Shown here: positions 27,758-38,629 of the stretch, in pieces
Layout: the number at the start of each line of letters is the position of its first letter
Position numbering within the stretch: the stretch's first letter is position 1
Assembly (NCBI GenBank): GCA_902628365.1
Contig: CACOMW010000004.1
Span: 8,654-72,653, forward strand
Direction: 5' to 3'
DNA from: an uncultured Marinoscillum sp.
GTDB lineage: Bacteria; Bacteroidota; Bacteroidia; Cytophagales; MED-G16
Length of the DNA: 64,000 nucleotides
Program-made: the position numbers and the translations under genes
Notes under the pieces: model-generated
Databases searched by the model: none
The model's input: only the letters and a program-made list of their open reading frames with translations
What the model was told of the DNA's origin: nothing

Positions 27758-29044
27758 CTATCTTTTTTCTAAATCTATATACTTTCTAGATTTACTTCCT
27801 GTATAAATCTGTCTCGGTCTTCCTAAAGGCTCTTTGTTTTCTCTCATTTCTTTCCATTGAGCAATCCAACCTGGTAATCTTCCAAAAGCAAACATTACTG
27901 TAAACATTTCAGGAGGAAAGCCAATAGCTCTGTAAATAATGCCACTATAAAAATCAACATTTGGATATAGCTTTTTGTCAATAAAGTATTGATCTTTTAG
28001 AGCTATTTCTTCTAATTTTTTAGCTAAATCCAAAATAGGATCATCTATTCCTAATTTGTTCATAACATTGTCTGCAGCAACCTTGATTATTTTTGCTCTT
28101 GGATCAAAATTTTTATAGACTCTATGACCAAAGCCCATTAATCTAAATGGATCATTTTTATCTTTAGCTTTTTTAATATATTTATTAATATCATTATTAT
28201 CTGATGAAATTTGTTCTAACATTTCAATTACAGCTTGATTTGCACCACCATGTAATGGTCCCCATAATGCATTAATACCTGCAGATACCGATGCGTAAAT
28301 ACTAGAAAGAGATGAGCCAACTATTCTAACAGTAGAAGTAGAACAATTTTGTTCATGATCAGCATGTAAAATCAGCAACTTATTTAAAGCATCTGTAATA
28401 ACTGGATTAATTTCATAATCTTCAGAAGGAAGCTTAAACATCATTTTAAGAAAATTTGAACAGTAATCAAGTCCATTGTCTGGATATATTATTGGATGAC
28501 CATTTCTTTTTTTATAGGACCATGCAGCAAAAGTTGGAAATTTTCCGAGAATTCTAACAATACTTAAATCAACAAGACTTTTGGATCTACTGGGATCCAA
28601 TGATTCAGGATAAAAAGCAGTCAAACTAGTAATTAATGATGATAATATACCCATTGGATGGGCTTTTGATGGATAACCCTCAAGAATAATTTTAAAGTCT
28701 TCATGAACTAAGGTATGTACCCTAATATTATTTTCAAAATAATCTAATTGTTCCTTCGATGGTAATTCTCCATATATTAATAAATAACATACTTCTGTAA
28801 AAGTAGACTTAGAGGCTAGTTCTTCTATTGAATAACCCCTGTGTCTTAATATGCCTTTTTCACCGTCTAAATAAGTAATGTTGCTAGTCGTTGATCCAGT
28901 ATTTTTGAATCCCTTATCTATTGTGATATATCCAGTTTCTGATCTTAACTTAGAAATATCTAAGGCAATTTCATTTTCTGAACCTTCAATTAATGGAATT
29001 TTTAAATTTTTTCCATTTATTTCAAGATTAGCAAACTTATTCAT
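27758..29044 (-). CDS. gltA: citrate synthase
   Basis: 428 aa. HADHEQN, GPLHGGAN, GFGHRVYK, and the C-terminal PRQIY motif. Confidence 0.9.
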   Translation of the reverse strand: MNKFANLEINGKNLKIPLIEGSENEIALDISKLRSETGYITIDKGFKNTGSTTSNITYLDGEKGILRHRGYSIEELASKSTFTEVCYLLIYGELPSKEQLDYFENNIRVHTLVHEDFKIILEGYPSKAHPMGILSSLITSLTAFYPESLDPSRSKSLVDLSIVRILGKFPTFAAWSYKKRNGHPIIYPDNGLDYCSNFLKMMFKLPSEDYEINPVITDALNKLLILHADHEQNCSTSTVRIVGSSLSSIYASVSAGINALWGPLHGGANQAVIEMLEQISSDNNDINKYIKKAKDKNDPFRLMGFGHRVYKNFDPRAKIIKVAADNVMNKLGIDDPILDLAKKLEEIALKDQYFIDKKLYPNVDFYSGIIYRAIGFPPEMFTVMFAFGRLPGWIAQWKEMRENKEPLGRPRQIYTGSKSRKYIDLEKR

Positions 29045-29064
29045 TTTCTTTTTTTAAATTAAAT

Positions 29065-29889
29065 CTAATTATTGCCAAGTATTATCGGAAGACCATCTTT
29101 TCCGCTACCTACAACAATTACTTTTGAATTAGGTGATTCAGCCAATTTACTTGTCGCTTCTATACCTCTCATTTTTAATAGGTTAGGAGTGAGACTGTTA
29201 TTAATAATTCTATTAGCTTTGGCTTCACCTTCAGCAGCTATTCTTTTTCTTTCTGCTTCACTCTTTTCCTTTTCAAGTCTGAATTGGTACGCAAGAGCTT
29301 CTTGTTCTTGTTGTAATTTACTTTCAATAGCATTCTTAATTTGATCTGGCAGTGAAATAGATCTTATTAGAAGTGATTTCATAACAATATTATTTCCTGG
29401 TTTCATTAGAACAAGACTGGCTTCAGATTGTATCAGCGTTTCAACTTCTGAACGCTTTGTTGAATAAATTTCTTCTGCAGTAAATCTTCCCATAACTTGT
29501 CGAACAGTAGATCTGAATTCAGGTCTAACTAATCTTCTTAAGTAATCCATTTGAAATGTTTCATATATTTCTCCTATGGAATCATATACAGGATGAAAAC
29601 TCATTGTAACATCTACATTAATATTTAATCCATTTTTATCTAATACATCTATAGTTTCTTCAACTAGATTATCAGTTATATCAAATTTGTAAATATCATT
29701 CCAAGGCATTTTATAATTAAATCCAGGTGCAATAATATTTTTCTTATCAAGACCTCCGCCAAATTTTCTAAAAATAACAGCTCTTTCTGTTGATTCAACA
29801 ACAAAAAATATACTTGAAGCAAATGAAAAAAGAATTGTTATACCAAATAGTAAAACAATTATTAAAGAAAGTAGTTTATTGTTTTGCAT
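29065..29889 (-). CDS. SPFH/band 7 (prohibitin-like) membrane protein
   Basis: N-terminal TM, SPFH core (ERAVIFRKFGG...), and a coiled-coil tail (QQEQEALAYQFRLEKEKSEAERKRIAAEGEA). Confidence 0.8.
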   Translation of the reverse strand: MQNNKLLSLIIVLLFGITILFSFASSIFFVVESTERAVIFRKFGGGLDKKNIIAPGFNYKMPWNDIYKFDITDNLVEETIDVLDKNGLNINVDVTMSFHPVYDSIGEIYETFQMDYLRRLVRPEFRSTVRQVMGRFTAEEIYSTKRSEVETLIQSEASLVLMKPGNNIVMKSLLIRSISLPDQIKNAIESKLQQEQEALAYQFRLEKEKSEAERKRIAAEGEAKANRIINNSLTPNLLKMRGIEATSKLAESPNSKVIVVGSGKDGLPIILGNN

Positions 29890-29907
29890 GACTTTTTATA
29901 TTTTAAT

Positions 29908-29915
29908 CAAAATTA
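29908..29915 (-). promoter_or_regulatory. candidate -7 box (TAATTTTG on minus strand) for the SPFH-gltA pair
   Basis: Plus-strand CAAAATTA, 19 nt upstream of the start at 29889. Confidence 0.3.
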
Positions 29916-29920
29916 AATTT

Positions 29921-31201
29921 TTATTTCATTATAATGAAATAATACTTTTTTTTTCCTTTTTGGATTAATAAATATTTACCATCTAATAATTTCAAATTTT
30001 TAATAGAATGATTTTCATCAACTTTGACTTTATTAATACTTACACCTCCATCTTTTATCATTCTTCTTATTTCAGATTTTGAACTAAATATTTTGTTGTT
30101 AGTAGAGGTAGATAATAAATCAATTATTTCAGAATTTTCAAATAATTTTTTAGGTATAGTGATATTAGGTACAGCAGAAGAAATGGATTCTAATCCATTT
30201 TTATCAAGTGATTTCAAATCATCAAAAGTTGATTTTCCAAACAATATTTTTGAGGTTTTTTTTGCAATATTTAAACTTTCTTTAGAATGAACTAATTCTG
30301 TAAGCTCATCGGCAATATGATTTTGAAGAATTCTAAATTCTGGTTTTTCCGTACTATTTTTAATTAAATCCTCTATGAAACTTCTTTCTTTCATTGAAAA
30401 TATTTTAATATACTTTAAAGCATCTTCATCAGATATATTTAACCAAAATTGATAAAAATTATAAGGACTGGTTTTGGTTGGGTCTAACCAAATGTTCCCT
30501 TCTTCGGTTTTTCCAAATTTTCCTCCATCAGATTTAGTCAATAAATTAGTTGTTATTCCAAAAGCTGCACCATTTGCTTTTCTTCTAATCAATTCTGTCC
30601 CAGATACAATATTACCCCATTGATCAGATCCTCCCATTTGAATTTTTACATTTTTGTTTTTCCATAACCAATAAAAATCGTATCCTTGAATCAATTGATA
30701 TGAAAATTCAGTAAATGAAATACCAGATTCTAATCTGTTCTTGACTGAATCCTTTGCTAACATATAATTAATAGAAATATGTTTTCCAACTGATCTTAAA
30801 AAACGAAGAACATCAAATTCTTTAAACCAGTCGAAATTATTAACTATTAATGCTTTGTTTTTTGATTTTTTAAAATCTAAAAAGGTTTCAAACTGTTTTT
30901 TAATTTTATTTTGATTATGGATAAGCAAGTCTTCATCTAAAAATTTTCTTTCTTTAGATTTTCCAGATGGGTCTCCTACCATTCCAGTTGCTCCTCCAAT
31001 TAAAACAATTGGTTGATGTCCACATTTTTGAAAAATAGATAATAACATCACTTGAAGCATATTTCCAATATGGAGAGAGTCTGAAGTAGGATCAAAGCCT
31101 ATGTATCCTAAAGTCATTTCTTTTTGTAATTGTTCTTCAACACCTGGAGTTAAATCATGAATCAATCCACGCCATTTAAGCTCTTCGAGAAAGTCTTTCA
31201 T
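29921..31201 (-). CDS. tyrS: tyrosine--tRNA ligase
   Basis: HIGN motif (SLHIGNML), KMSKS-equivalent KFGKT, and a C-terminal S4-like domain. The ATG at 31201 (MKDFLEELKWRGL) is preferred over the track TTG at 31210. Confidence 0.9.
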   Translation of the reverse strand: MKDFLEELKWRGLIHDLTPGVEEQLQKEMTLGYIGFDPTSDSLHIGNMLQVMLLSIFQKCGHQPIVLIGGATGMVGDPSGKSKERKFLDEDLLIHNQNKIKKQFETFLDFKKSKNKALIVNNFDWFKEFDVLRFLRSVGKHISINYMLAKDSVKNRLESGISFTEFSYQLIQGYDFYWLWKNKNVKIQMGGSDQWGNIVSGTELIRRKANGAAFGITTNLLTKSDGGKFGKTEEGNIWLDPTKTSPYNFYQFWLNISDEDALKYIKIFSMKERSFIEDLIKNSTEKPEFRILQNHIADELTELVHSKESLNIAKKTSKILFGKSTFDDLKSLDKNGLESISSAVPNITIPKKLFENSEIIDLLSTSTNNKIFSSKSEIRRMIKDGGVSINKVKVDENHSIKNLKLLDGKYLLIQKGKKKYYFIIMK

Positions 31202-31316
31202 ATAGTGCAAAAATATATATTTGTTTATAATCTAACAGGTGAATAATCAAAATTTAATAAAATATTAATAACATATTATTATTAAAATCTAATTAAATTT
31301 AAGTTAGAGACATTCT

Positions 31317-32360
31317 ATGATATACTCCTACAAAAAAATATTAGATAATATAAAAAATAATATTTTTTTTAATATATATTTTTTAATGGGAGAGGAGTCC
31401 TATTTTATTGATAAAATCACAAATTATTTTGCTCAAAATTTTATAAAAGAAGAACATAAATCATTTGATCAAGAAATCATATACGGAAAAGATACAGACA
31501 TTAATACAATAATTAATAGATGCAAAAGATTTCCAATGATGTCTGATAAGCAACTCATTATCGTTAAAGAATCTCAAAATTTATCTTTTTTTAAAAATAC
31601 TAAGCAAAATGAATTTGAAAACTTTATTAATTATTTATCAAATCCTTCAAAACAAACATTTTTGATGTTTGCCTTTAAGAATAAAGTATTAGATCAACGT
31701 AAGAAGCTAACAAAAAAAATTATTGAAAGCTGTGTGGTATTGAACACAGAAGATAAAGAAAACAAAATATATGATAATCAACTTCCTCAATGGGTAAAAA
31801 GTGAAGTTAAAGAAAATAAATTTTCAATAGATGAAAAAGCAACCATCTTATTAATTGAAAACATAGGAAATAATCTTAATAAACTTGAAAATGAACTTCA
31901 AAAAGTTTACTTAAATAAAAAAGACAATGAAATCATCAATTCTAAAGATATTGAAATGTATGTTGGTATAAATAGAGATTATAACCTATTTGAATTACAG
32001 GACTCTTTAGTTAATAAAGATCTTAATAAAGCAATAAAAATAGTATCATATTTTGAATCAAACCCAAAAAATAATCCTTTACAAAAAACTATTTTATTCT
32101 TATTTAATTTTTTTAGTAAGTTGCTGTTTGTAATGTCTCATAAAATGTATGAAGCACAAAAAATATCTCAAATTTTAAAAATTCATCCTTTTGCTGCAAA
32201 ATCATATATAAAAGCAACAAGTAAATATTCTATGAATGAGGTAAAAAAAATAATAAAATATTGTAGAGAAATAGATTTAATATCTAAAGGAATTAAATCA
32301 AATAATAATAGGGAAGGAATATTATTAAAAGAATTAATCTATAAAATGACTTATGCATAA
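31317..32360 (+). CDS. holA: DNA polymerase III subunit delta
   Basis: Size about 347 aa, N-terminal YFLMGEESYFIDK pattern, and C-terminal helical domain typical of HolA. Call by pattern and position only. Confidence 0.6.
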   Translation: MIYSYKKILDNIKNNIFFNIYFLMGEESYFIDKITNYFAQNFIKEEHKSFDQEIIYGKDTDINTIINRCKRFPMMSDKQLIIVKESQNLSFFKNTKQNEFENFINYLSNPSKQTFLMFAFKNKVLDQRKKLTKKIIESCVVLNTEDKENKIYDNQLPQWVKSEVKENKFSIDEKATILLIENIGNNLNKLENELQKVYLNKKDNEIINSKDIEMYVGINRDYNLFELQDSLVNKDLNKAIKIVSYFESNPKNNPLQKTILFLFNFFSKLLFVMSHKMYEAQKISQILKIHPFAAKSYIKATSKYSMNEVKKIIKYCREIDLISKGIKSNNNREGILLKELIYKMTYA

Positions 32361-35301
32361 ATCATATTTATTTGTTTTTAGTTATTTTCTTATAACTTTT
32401 TTTACATTTAGTTTAAATGCTCAAAAACCGAGTTTGAATTATGAGGTTAATGCATTTAATAATTCACTTAAAATCTTTAAAAATAAAAATTATCAAATAG
32501 CATTAAATGAATTTGTAAATTTTAAAAAACAATTTCCTAATTCTACTTTACATGATGAAGCTAGTTATTATGTGTTTCTTTCGCAGATTTACACCAACAA
32601 AATAGAAGACCATGATGATATAGAAGAATTTATTTTTAATAATAAAGATCCAAAATATAATGAATTATCATCTTCATATGGTGAATATTTTTTTGATAAT
32701 GGTAATTATGATAAAGCTATAGAATTTTTAATCCTTTCTAAATCATCAACTTATGATGTGCTATATAAAATTGGATTTTCTTATTATAAATTAGAAAATT
32801 ATATTAATGCTGAAAATTATTTAAAAAAAACAAGATTATCTGATTACAAAGATGATGCAAATTATTACTTAGGTATTATTGAGATAAAAAAAGAAAATTA
32901 TAAAGCAGCAATTAATTATTTGAAAAATGTTAGAAAATTTTTATATCAAGACGCAATTAAATATTATTTAATATTTACTAACTATAATATTGAAAATTAT
33001 AAAGAAGTATTAAAACTGTCAGAAGAAATAGATGAAAATACTTTAAATCTTAATCACACTTATTACATATTAGGCTCAACACATTTTATTATTAAGGAAT
33101 ATGAAAATAGTTTAAAATTTTATTCAAAATATGAAAATAATAGTGAAGTTGATAATAAATTAAATTTCGAAATTGCTTATTCTTTATTAAAAACTAATGA
33201 TATTGATTCAGCCGCATATATTTTCGAAAACAATGCGTTAAATGATGACTATTATGGTCAGTTATCTTCATATTATCTTGGTGATATTCTTTTTAAGAAA
33301 AAAAAATATAAATTTTCCCTTAATGCTTTTTACAATGCATATCTCAAAAAATATGATGAAATATATTCTTTAGATGCTCTTTATAAATATTCAATAATAA
33401 ATTATGAAATTGAAAATAATGATGAATCATTAGGCTCATTAATTGAAATTAAAAAAAAATATCCTCGTTATAAGACAGAAGAAATAAACTATTTAATTGC
33501 CGAAAATTATTTAAAAACAACAAATTTCCTAAAGGCAATTAATTTTATAGAATCTTTAGATTCTATTGGAGAAAAAGTAAAAAAAAGTTACCAACTAATT
33601 ACATTTCAAAGAGGTGCGGAATTATTTAATCAAGGGGAATTTATTAAATCAATGACTTTTTTTAAAAAATCACAGACTTATAAAATTGATAAAAATATAT
33701 ATTTAGAATCTTTATTTTGGATAGGAGAGTCTAACTTCATCCAAAAACAATACTCCGAAGCTTATAAAAACTATATTGAATTACTAAATTGTGATTGTAA
33801 AATTGATAATTCCTTAAGATTAAACACATTATATTCTATTGCTTATACACTATTTAATAATAAAGAATACGATAAGTCAATTAATTATTTTTTATCATAT
33901 ATTAATCTAAAAAAAGAAAATGACAGTAAATTATTAGATGCTAAATTACGATTAGGTGATTCATATTATGCAATAAAAAATTATTCTAAATCAATCAATA
34001 TATATAATGATTTGTTTTCTGAATCGGATATTGACAAAAACTACCTTTTATATCAAATAGGTTTAGCTAATTATGGTATGAATAATATTGAAAAAAGTAT
34101 TAAAAGTTTAATTCAAATAATAGAAAATGATTCTTCAAATTTAATTGATGATGCTTTATTTAGAATAGCTTCTATATATTTTGAAACTTCAAAATTTAAT
34201 TTTTCAATTGAATATTTATCAAAAATTATTGACGAATACGGAAATAGCGAGTATATACCTTTTTCATATTTAAAAAGAGCTGTTTCATATTATAATCTTA
34301 AATCATATGAGCAATCTGAAAATGACTATTTGTTTTTACTTAAAAACTTTAAATCAAAAGATATTTATAACGAATCTATACTGGGCATTCAAAAAGTAGT
34401 AAACTTCACTGAAAACTTTTCTATACTAAGTGAGAATCTTGAAAGATTTAAAAATCTATATCCAGATGATAAAAGTATAGAATCAATTGAATATGAAACC
34501 ATTAAAAATTTATATTTTTCTCAAAATTATTATCAAGTTATTTCTTTATCAAATGAATTTATAAATACATATTCAGAAAGCATATATTTAAATGAAGTAA
34601 AATTTTTATTAGGTGAATCTAATTATAGATTAAAAAACTATGATGCATCTATTGTTAATTATAAATATCTTATTTCTATTGAAAACAAAAAGTATTTTAA
34701 TAGGTCTATAAATAAACTAGGAAGGATTTATCTTGAACTGAAATCATATGATGAATCATTAAAGTTTTATAAGATTTTAAATGAAAATACTGTTAATACA
34801 AGAGAATTATCAGATTCATATTTAGGAATAATAAACAACTATTATAATTTAAAACTATACGATTCTTCAATTTATTATTCTCAAAAGCTATTGAGAATAG
34901 ATAAAATTTCATATAATATAAAAAATAAAGCTAACTTGTTAATTGCAAAATCATTTATAGAAAATGATCAAAATAATAATGGAATTGATTATTTATTAAC
35001 AACAATTAATCTAGTAAAAGACGAAAGTGGTGCTGAAGCTCAATACCTATTAGCCAAAATTTTTTATGATAAAAGTCAATTAAATCAATCTCTTGAAACT
35101 TTATACCTACTAAATGAAAACTTCTCTGAATTCAATTATTGGAGGGGAAAAGGTTATTTATTAATTGCTAAAATTTTTATTGATTCAAATGAGTTTTTTC
35201 AAGCTAAATCAACTTTAGAATCTTTAATTGAAAAAAATAGTAATGAAGAAATTAAAAAAGAAGCTGAAGATATGTTAAATGAAATAAATACAATTGATTA
35301 A
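32353..35301 (+). CDS. large secreted TPR-repeat protein (982 aa)
   Basis: Signal peptide ...FSLNAQ and many TPR-like units along the whole length. Overlaps holA by 8 nt. Confidence 0.7.
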   Translation: MHKSYLFVFSYFLITFFTFSLNAQKPSLNYEVNAFNNSLKIFKNKNYQIALNEFVNFKKQFPNSTLHDEASYYVFLSQIYTNKIEDHDDIEEFIFNNKDPKYNELSSSYGEYFFDNGNYDKAIEFLILSKSSTYDVLYKIGFSYYKLENYINAENYLKKTRLSDYKDDANYYLGIIEIKKENYKAAINYLKNVRKFLYQDAIKYYLIFTNYNIENYKEVLKLSEEIDENTLNLNHTYYILGSTHFIIKEYENSLKFYSKYENNSEVDNKLNFEIAYSLLKTNDIDSAAYIFENNALNDDYYGQLSSYYLGDILFKKKKYKFSLNAFYNAYLKKYDEIYSLDALYKYSIINYEIENNDESLGSLIEIKKKYPRYKTEEINYLIAENYLKTTNFLKAINFIESLDSIGEKVKKSYQLITFQRGAELFNQGEFIKSMTFFKKSQTYKIDKNIYLESLFWIGESNFIQKQYSEAYKNYIELLNCDCKIDNSLRLNTLYSIAYTLFNNKEYDKSINYFLSYINLKKENDSKLLDAKLRLGDSYYAIKNYSKSINIYNDLFSESDIDKNYLLYQIGLANYGMNNIEKSIKSLIQIIENDSSNLIDDALFRIASIYFETSKFNFSIEYLSKIIDEYGNSEYIPFSYLKRAVSYYNLKSYEQSENDYLFLLKNFKSKDIYNESILGIQKVVNFTENFSILSENLERFKNLYPDDKSIESIEYETIKNLYFSQNYYQVISLSNEFINTYSESIYLNEVKFLLGESNYRLKNYDASIVNYKYLISIENKKYFNRSINKLGRIYLELKSYDESLKFYKILNENTVNTRELSDSYLGIINNYYNLKLYDSSIYYSQKLLRIDKISYNIKNKANLLIAKSFIENDQNNNGIDYLLTTINLVKDESGAEAQYLLAKIFYDKSQLNQSLETLYLLNENFSEFNYWRGKGYLLIAKIFIDSNEFFQAKSTLESLIEKNSNEEIKKEAEDMLNEINTID

Positions 35302-35302
35302 T

Positions 35303-37012
35303 ATGAAATACATTTATCTATTATTTTTTATTACAATTATTAATCATCCCATTTTATCTCAAGAAATAGTTGAAAGTGAAGGAAAAATCGAAAATGCACA
35401 AATTTTGATTGAAAAAAATAAAATTATTTTATTACCAGATGCACAAAAAAAAGGTGATGATTCTATTCAAAACATCAATAAAATTATAAAATATGATTTT
35501 AACTTTAATCCCCTTGACTTAAGTTTGAATAAAGAAAAGCTATCAATTGATCAAATAAAAGATTATCCAATTAATAAAAAAATAATTAATAACTATAATA
35601 ATAATTTTTCTGTTTTATATGGTAACTATAAATCATTAATAATCAATTCTAATAATTATTTTGATATTTCAAATAATTTAAAATTTGATGCTAGTTTGTA
35701 TCACAATTCAAATAAAATTGGGTACACAAAAGATGAAAATAGTGGATTTTTTGATTCAAAAATTTTATTTAATTCTTATTACACTGAAAACCTTTCTAAT
35801 TCAGATCATGATATAAATCTAAATTTAAGTTATAATAGAATCAAAACATTTTATTATGGTTTTGTAAATGAAAATAGCCAAGAGATTTCAAAAGATGACA
35901 TTGACATTAGAAATAATTTTTTTGAATATAACGTTTCAATTTCAAAAGGAATTAATCATGAACTAAAACAAAAATTAAATTATAAAATTGATTTTAACAA
36001 TTTTAATTTTAATAGCTATTTATATAATGAATATACATCAATAATTCAAGCTGCAATATTATACGACATTAATCAAAATATATTTACTAGTTTAACTTTT
36101 GATAATTATTATAGAAATCTAAAAAAAAGTAACAATATAATTCTATCAGAAAATCAAAAGAGAAATAATATGTTACTCAATTATCATGTTAATTACAAAT
36201 TAAAAAATTATGATATTAAAGTTGGATTAATTTATGATATTGACTCAAAGCTAAAAGATTATGCTTTATATCCTTTTTTTGCATTTGATTACTCAAATCA
36301 AAATGGGTATTCTTTTAATTTGTTTTTAGATGGAGGAGATGATACTAACTTTTATTTTTCTAAAATTAAAGAAAACCCCTATTTATTTGATACTAATTTT
36401 GAATATATTGATTTAGTTGAAAAAATAAATTTTGGTGCTCTATTTGGAATTAAACTATTTAAAAATAAGGGAAACTTAAAATTAAGCTATAATGAAAAAA
36501 AGGTATCTAATTTCTTTGTTTATGGAAAATCTAAAAATGATTTGATTCAATCAAATAATAGAAATTTTGATATTTACAGGTATTCAGTTTTTTATGATTC
36601 AGGTGATAGTAATCAAAAAAAAATAAAATTATTTTTTGATTACTCTAAAGATAAATTTTTTAATACTTCTTTAGTTTTTTGTTATAACAACTATAAATTA
36701 AATAATTTTTCATATGCCTCAAATTTACCCAAATATGAAATTTTTATATCAAATAAATTAAAAATTAACGACTTTGAAATAATTGGAAATATATCATCTT
36801 TTATAGAAACCTATTCTATTGATTCAAATAATAATTCTGAAAAGTTAGAAAGTTTTTTATCTCTTAATGTCAATATAAATTATTTATTATTTGAAAATAC
36901 AAAAATAATGCTTCAGTTAAATAATATTTTAGATTCTAAAAATGAGATTTATTATAATTATAATGAACTTGGATTTAATTTAAAATTTGGATTTACATAT
37001 AGTTTGAAATGA
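35303..37012 (+). CDS. hypothetical secreted protein, putative outer-membrane beta-barrel
   Basis: Signal peptide MKYIYLLFFITIINHPILSQ. N/Y/F-rich alternating pattern along its length and a C-terminal ...LKFGFTYSLK. The ATG at 35303 is 2 nt after the upstream stop. Confidence 0.4.
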   Translation: MKYIYLLFFITIINHPILSQEIVESEGKIENAQILIEKNKIILLPDAQKKGDDSIQNINKIIKYDFNFNPLDLSLNKEKLSIDQIKDYPINKKIINNYNNNFSVLYGNYKSLIINSNNYFDISNNLKFDASLYHNSNKIGYTKDENSGFFDSKILFNSYYTENLSNSDHDINLNLSYNRIKTFYYGFVNENSQEISKDDIDIRNNFFEYNVSISKGINHELKQKLNYKIDFNNFNFNSYLYNEYTSIIQAAILYDINQNIFTSLTFDNYYRNLKKSNNIILSENQKRNNMLLNYHVNYKLKNYDIKVGLIYDIDSKLKDYALYPFFAFDYSNQNGYSFNLFLDGGDDTNFYFSKIKENPYLFDTNFEYIDLVEKINFGALFGIKLFKNKGNLKLSYNEKKVSNFFVYGKSKNDLIQSNNRNFDIYRYSVFYDSGDSNQKKIKLFFDYSKDKFFNTSLVFCYNNYKLNNFSYASNLPKYEIFISNKLKINDFEIIGNISSFIETYSIDSNNNSEKLESFLSLNVNINYLLFENTKIMLQLNNILDSKNEIYYNYNELGFNLKFGFTYSLK

Positions 37013-37566
37013 AAAAATTAAATGACTATTTAAAAGATGACTACGGTTTAAAAAAAATAGATCTAACTAAAATTAAAAAAGTAAAAAATAATAAAGAAAT
37101 AAGATTTCTTTTATTTATATCCATCACCATAACTATTTCAACTATTATTGGTTTTTTTATTTTAAAAAAAACAGATGTAGAGTTAGCGAAAAATATAAAA
37201 CAAGAAATTAAAAATGAATCAAAAACCACATCAATTTCAGTTGATACTTTAAAAAGTAATTCAGAAATAATTGAAAAAAATGATTTACCTATTACAATTA
37301 AAGCTTCAGAAGTATTAATTTATGATAAAAAAACAGGAAAATATTATATTATATCCGGTAGTTTCAAAGATTACGAGTTATCTTTAAATGAAGCAAATGA
37401 ATTTTTAAATAATGGATTTCAAAGTTCAATTATTTTACCAATTCAAAATAAAAATGGGTATTATAGAGTTGCAATTGACGCCCATTTAAATAAGGAAGAA
37501 GCAATAATTGCACTAAATAAATATAAAAATACTTTAAAAAAGGAATTATGGATTTTAAAACATTAA
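37009..37566 (+). CDS. SPOR domain protein (membrane-anchored, septal peptidoglycan-binding type)
   Basis: One TM, plus a C-terminal SPOR-like GKYYIISGSFKDYELSLNEANEFLNNGFQSSIILPIQNKNGYYRVAIDAHLNKEEAIIALNKY. ATGA overlap with the upstream gene. Confidence 0.7.
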   Translation: MKKLNDYLKDDYGLKKIDLTKIKKVKNNKEIRFLLFISITITISTIIGFFILKKTDVELAKNIKQEIKNESKTTSISVDTLKSNSEIIEKNDLPITIKASEVLIYDKKTGKYYIISGSFKDYELSLNEANEFLNNGFQSSIILPIQNKNGYYRVAIDAHLNKEEAIIALNKYKNTLKKELWILKH

Positions 37567-38237
37567 CACTTCAAATAATTAATGACTCTTCAATAATTGA
37601 AAATTCAAATGAACCACTAACAATATCTGTTTTTGATTTATTATTAAAAGGTGGTTTTATGATGATTCCAATTTTCATATTATTTATTATGTCAATATAT
37701 ATACTTTTTGAAAAAATCTTTGTTTTAAGAAGAGAATCAAAAAATATTAAAGGGTTTAATAAAGAAATCAGAGATAGGGTGCTTCAAGGTGATATAAATG
37801 GCGCAAAATTAATCTGTCAAGAAACAAATACACCTTCTTCTAGAATGATTTTGAAAGGTTTATCTAGAATTAACAGAAATTTAAAAAATATTGAAGCTTC
37901 TATAGAGAATGTGGGGAAAATAGAAATATATAATTTAGAAAAAAACTTGAGTCTTTTAGCTACTATTTCTGGCGCTGCACCAATGATAGGTTTCTTGGGA
38001 ACAGTAACAGGTATGATTCAAGCATTTATTTCGATAGCCCAAGAAGAAGGCGCAGTTAGTCCAAAGTTATTATCAAGTGGTATATATGAAGCTATGATAA
38101 CAACGGCTTCTGGACTATTTGTTGGAATAATTGCTTATCTATCATATAATTATCTTGTTGCAAAAGTTGAAAAGTTAATTCATAATATGGAATATTCTTC
38201 AATTGAGTTTTTAGATATTTTACAAGAAAAAAGATGA
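37548..38237 (+). CDS. exbB: MotA/TolQ/ExbB family proton channel
   Basis: 3 TM. Motif SGAAPMIGFLGTVTGMI and ...AMITTASGLFVGI. Confidence 0.8.
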   Translation: MDFKTLTLQIINDSSIIENSNEPLTISVFDLLLKGGFMMIPIFILFIMSIYILFEKIFVLRRESKNIKGFNKEIRDRVLQGDINGAKLICQETNTPSSRMILKGLSRINRNLKNIEASIENVGKIEIYNLEKNLSLLATISGAAPMIGFLGTVTGMIQAFISIAQEEGAVSPKLLSSGIYEAMITTASGLFVGIIAYLSYNYLVAKVEKLIHNMEYSSIEFLDILQEKR

Positions 38238-38626
38238 ATATTAAATCTAAACACAGAGTAAATTCAATGTTCAGTATGTCTTCAATGACTGATATAATAT
38301 TCCTTTTGTTAATCTTTTTTATGCTAACCGCTTCATTTATAACACCATCAGGTCTACCAATTAATCTACCATCAAGCAAAAGTTCTAATATTGTTATTCA
38401 AAAAATTTCAGTTTCAATTACTGAAGAGTTGGAATACTTTGTCAATGATGAGAGAATTGATGTTCAAAATTTAGAAATGATATTAAAAAATGAACTTCAA
38501 GGAAAAGAAGGTTTAATTGTTCTACATTGTGATAAAAATGTTCCAGTTGAAAAACTAGTTGAAGTTGCTGGAATAGCAACATTATTGGAAGCTAAAGTTA
38601 GCATTGCAACAAAACCAAAAAAATAA
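38234..38626 (+). CDS. exbD: ExbD/TolR family biopolymer transport protein
   Basis: N-terminal SSMTDIIFLLLIFFM TM with conserved Asp, and a periplasmic domain. ATGA overlap with exbB. Confidence 0.8.
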   Translation: MNIKSKHRVNSMFSMSSMTDIIFLLLIFFMLTASFITPSGLPINLPSSKSSNIVIQKISVSITEELEYFVNDERIDVQNLEMILKNELQGKEGLIVLHCDKNVPVEKLVEVAGIATLLEAKVSIATKPKK

Positions 38627-38629
38627 GTT

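Noticed and set aside
31208-31215. TAnnTTTG match (TATTTTTG on the minus strand) as the tyrS promoter
   Set aside because: It lies only 7 nt from the ATG at 31201 and inside the TTG-extended ORF, so the geometry is doubtful. It is left unannotated.
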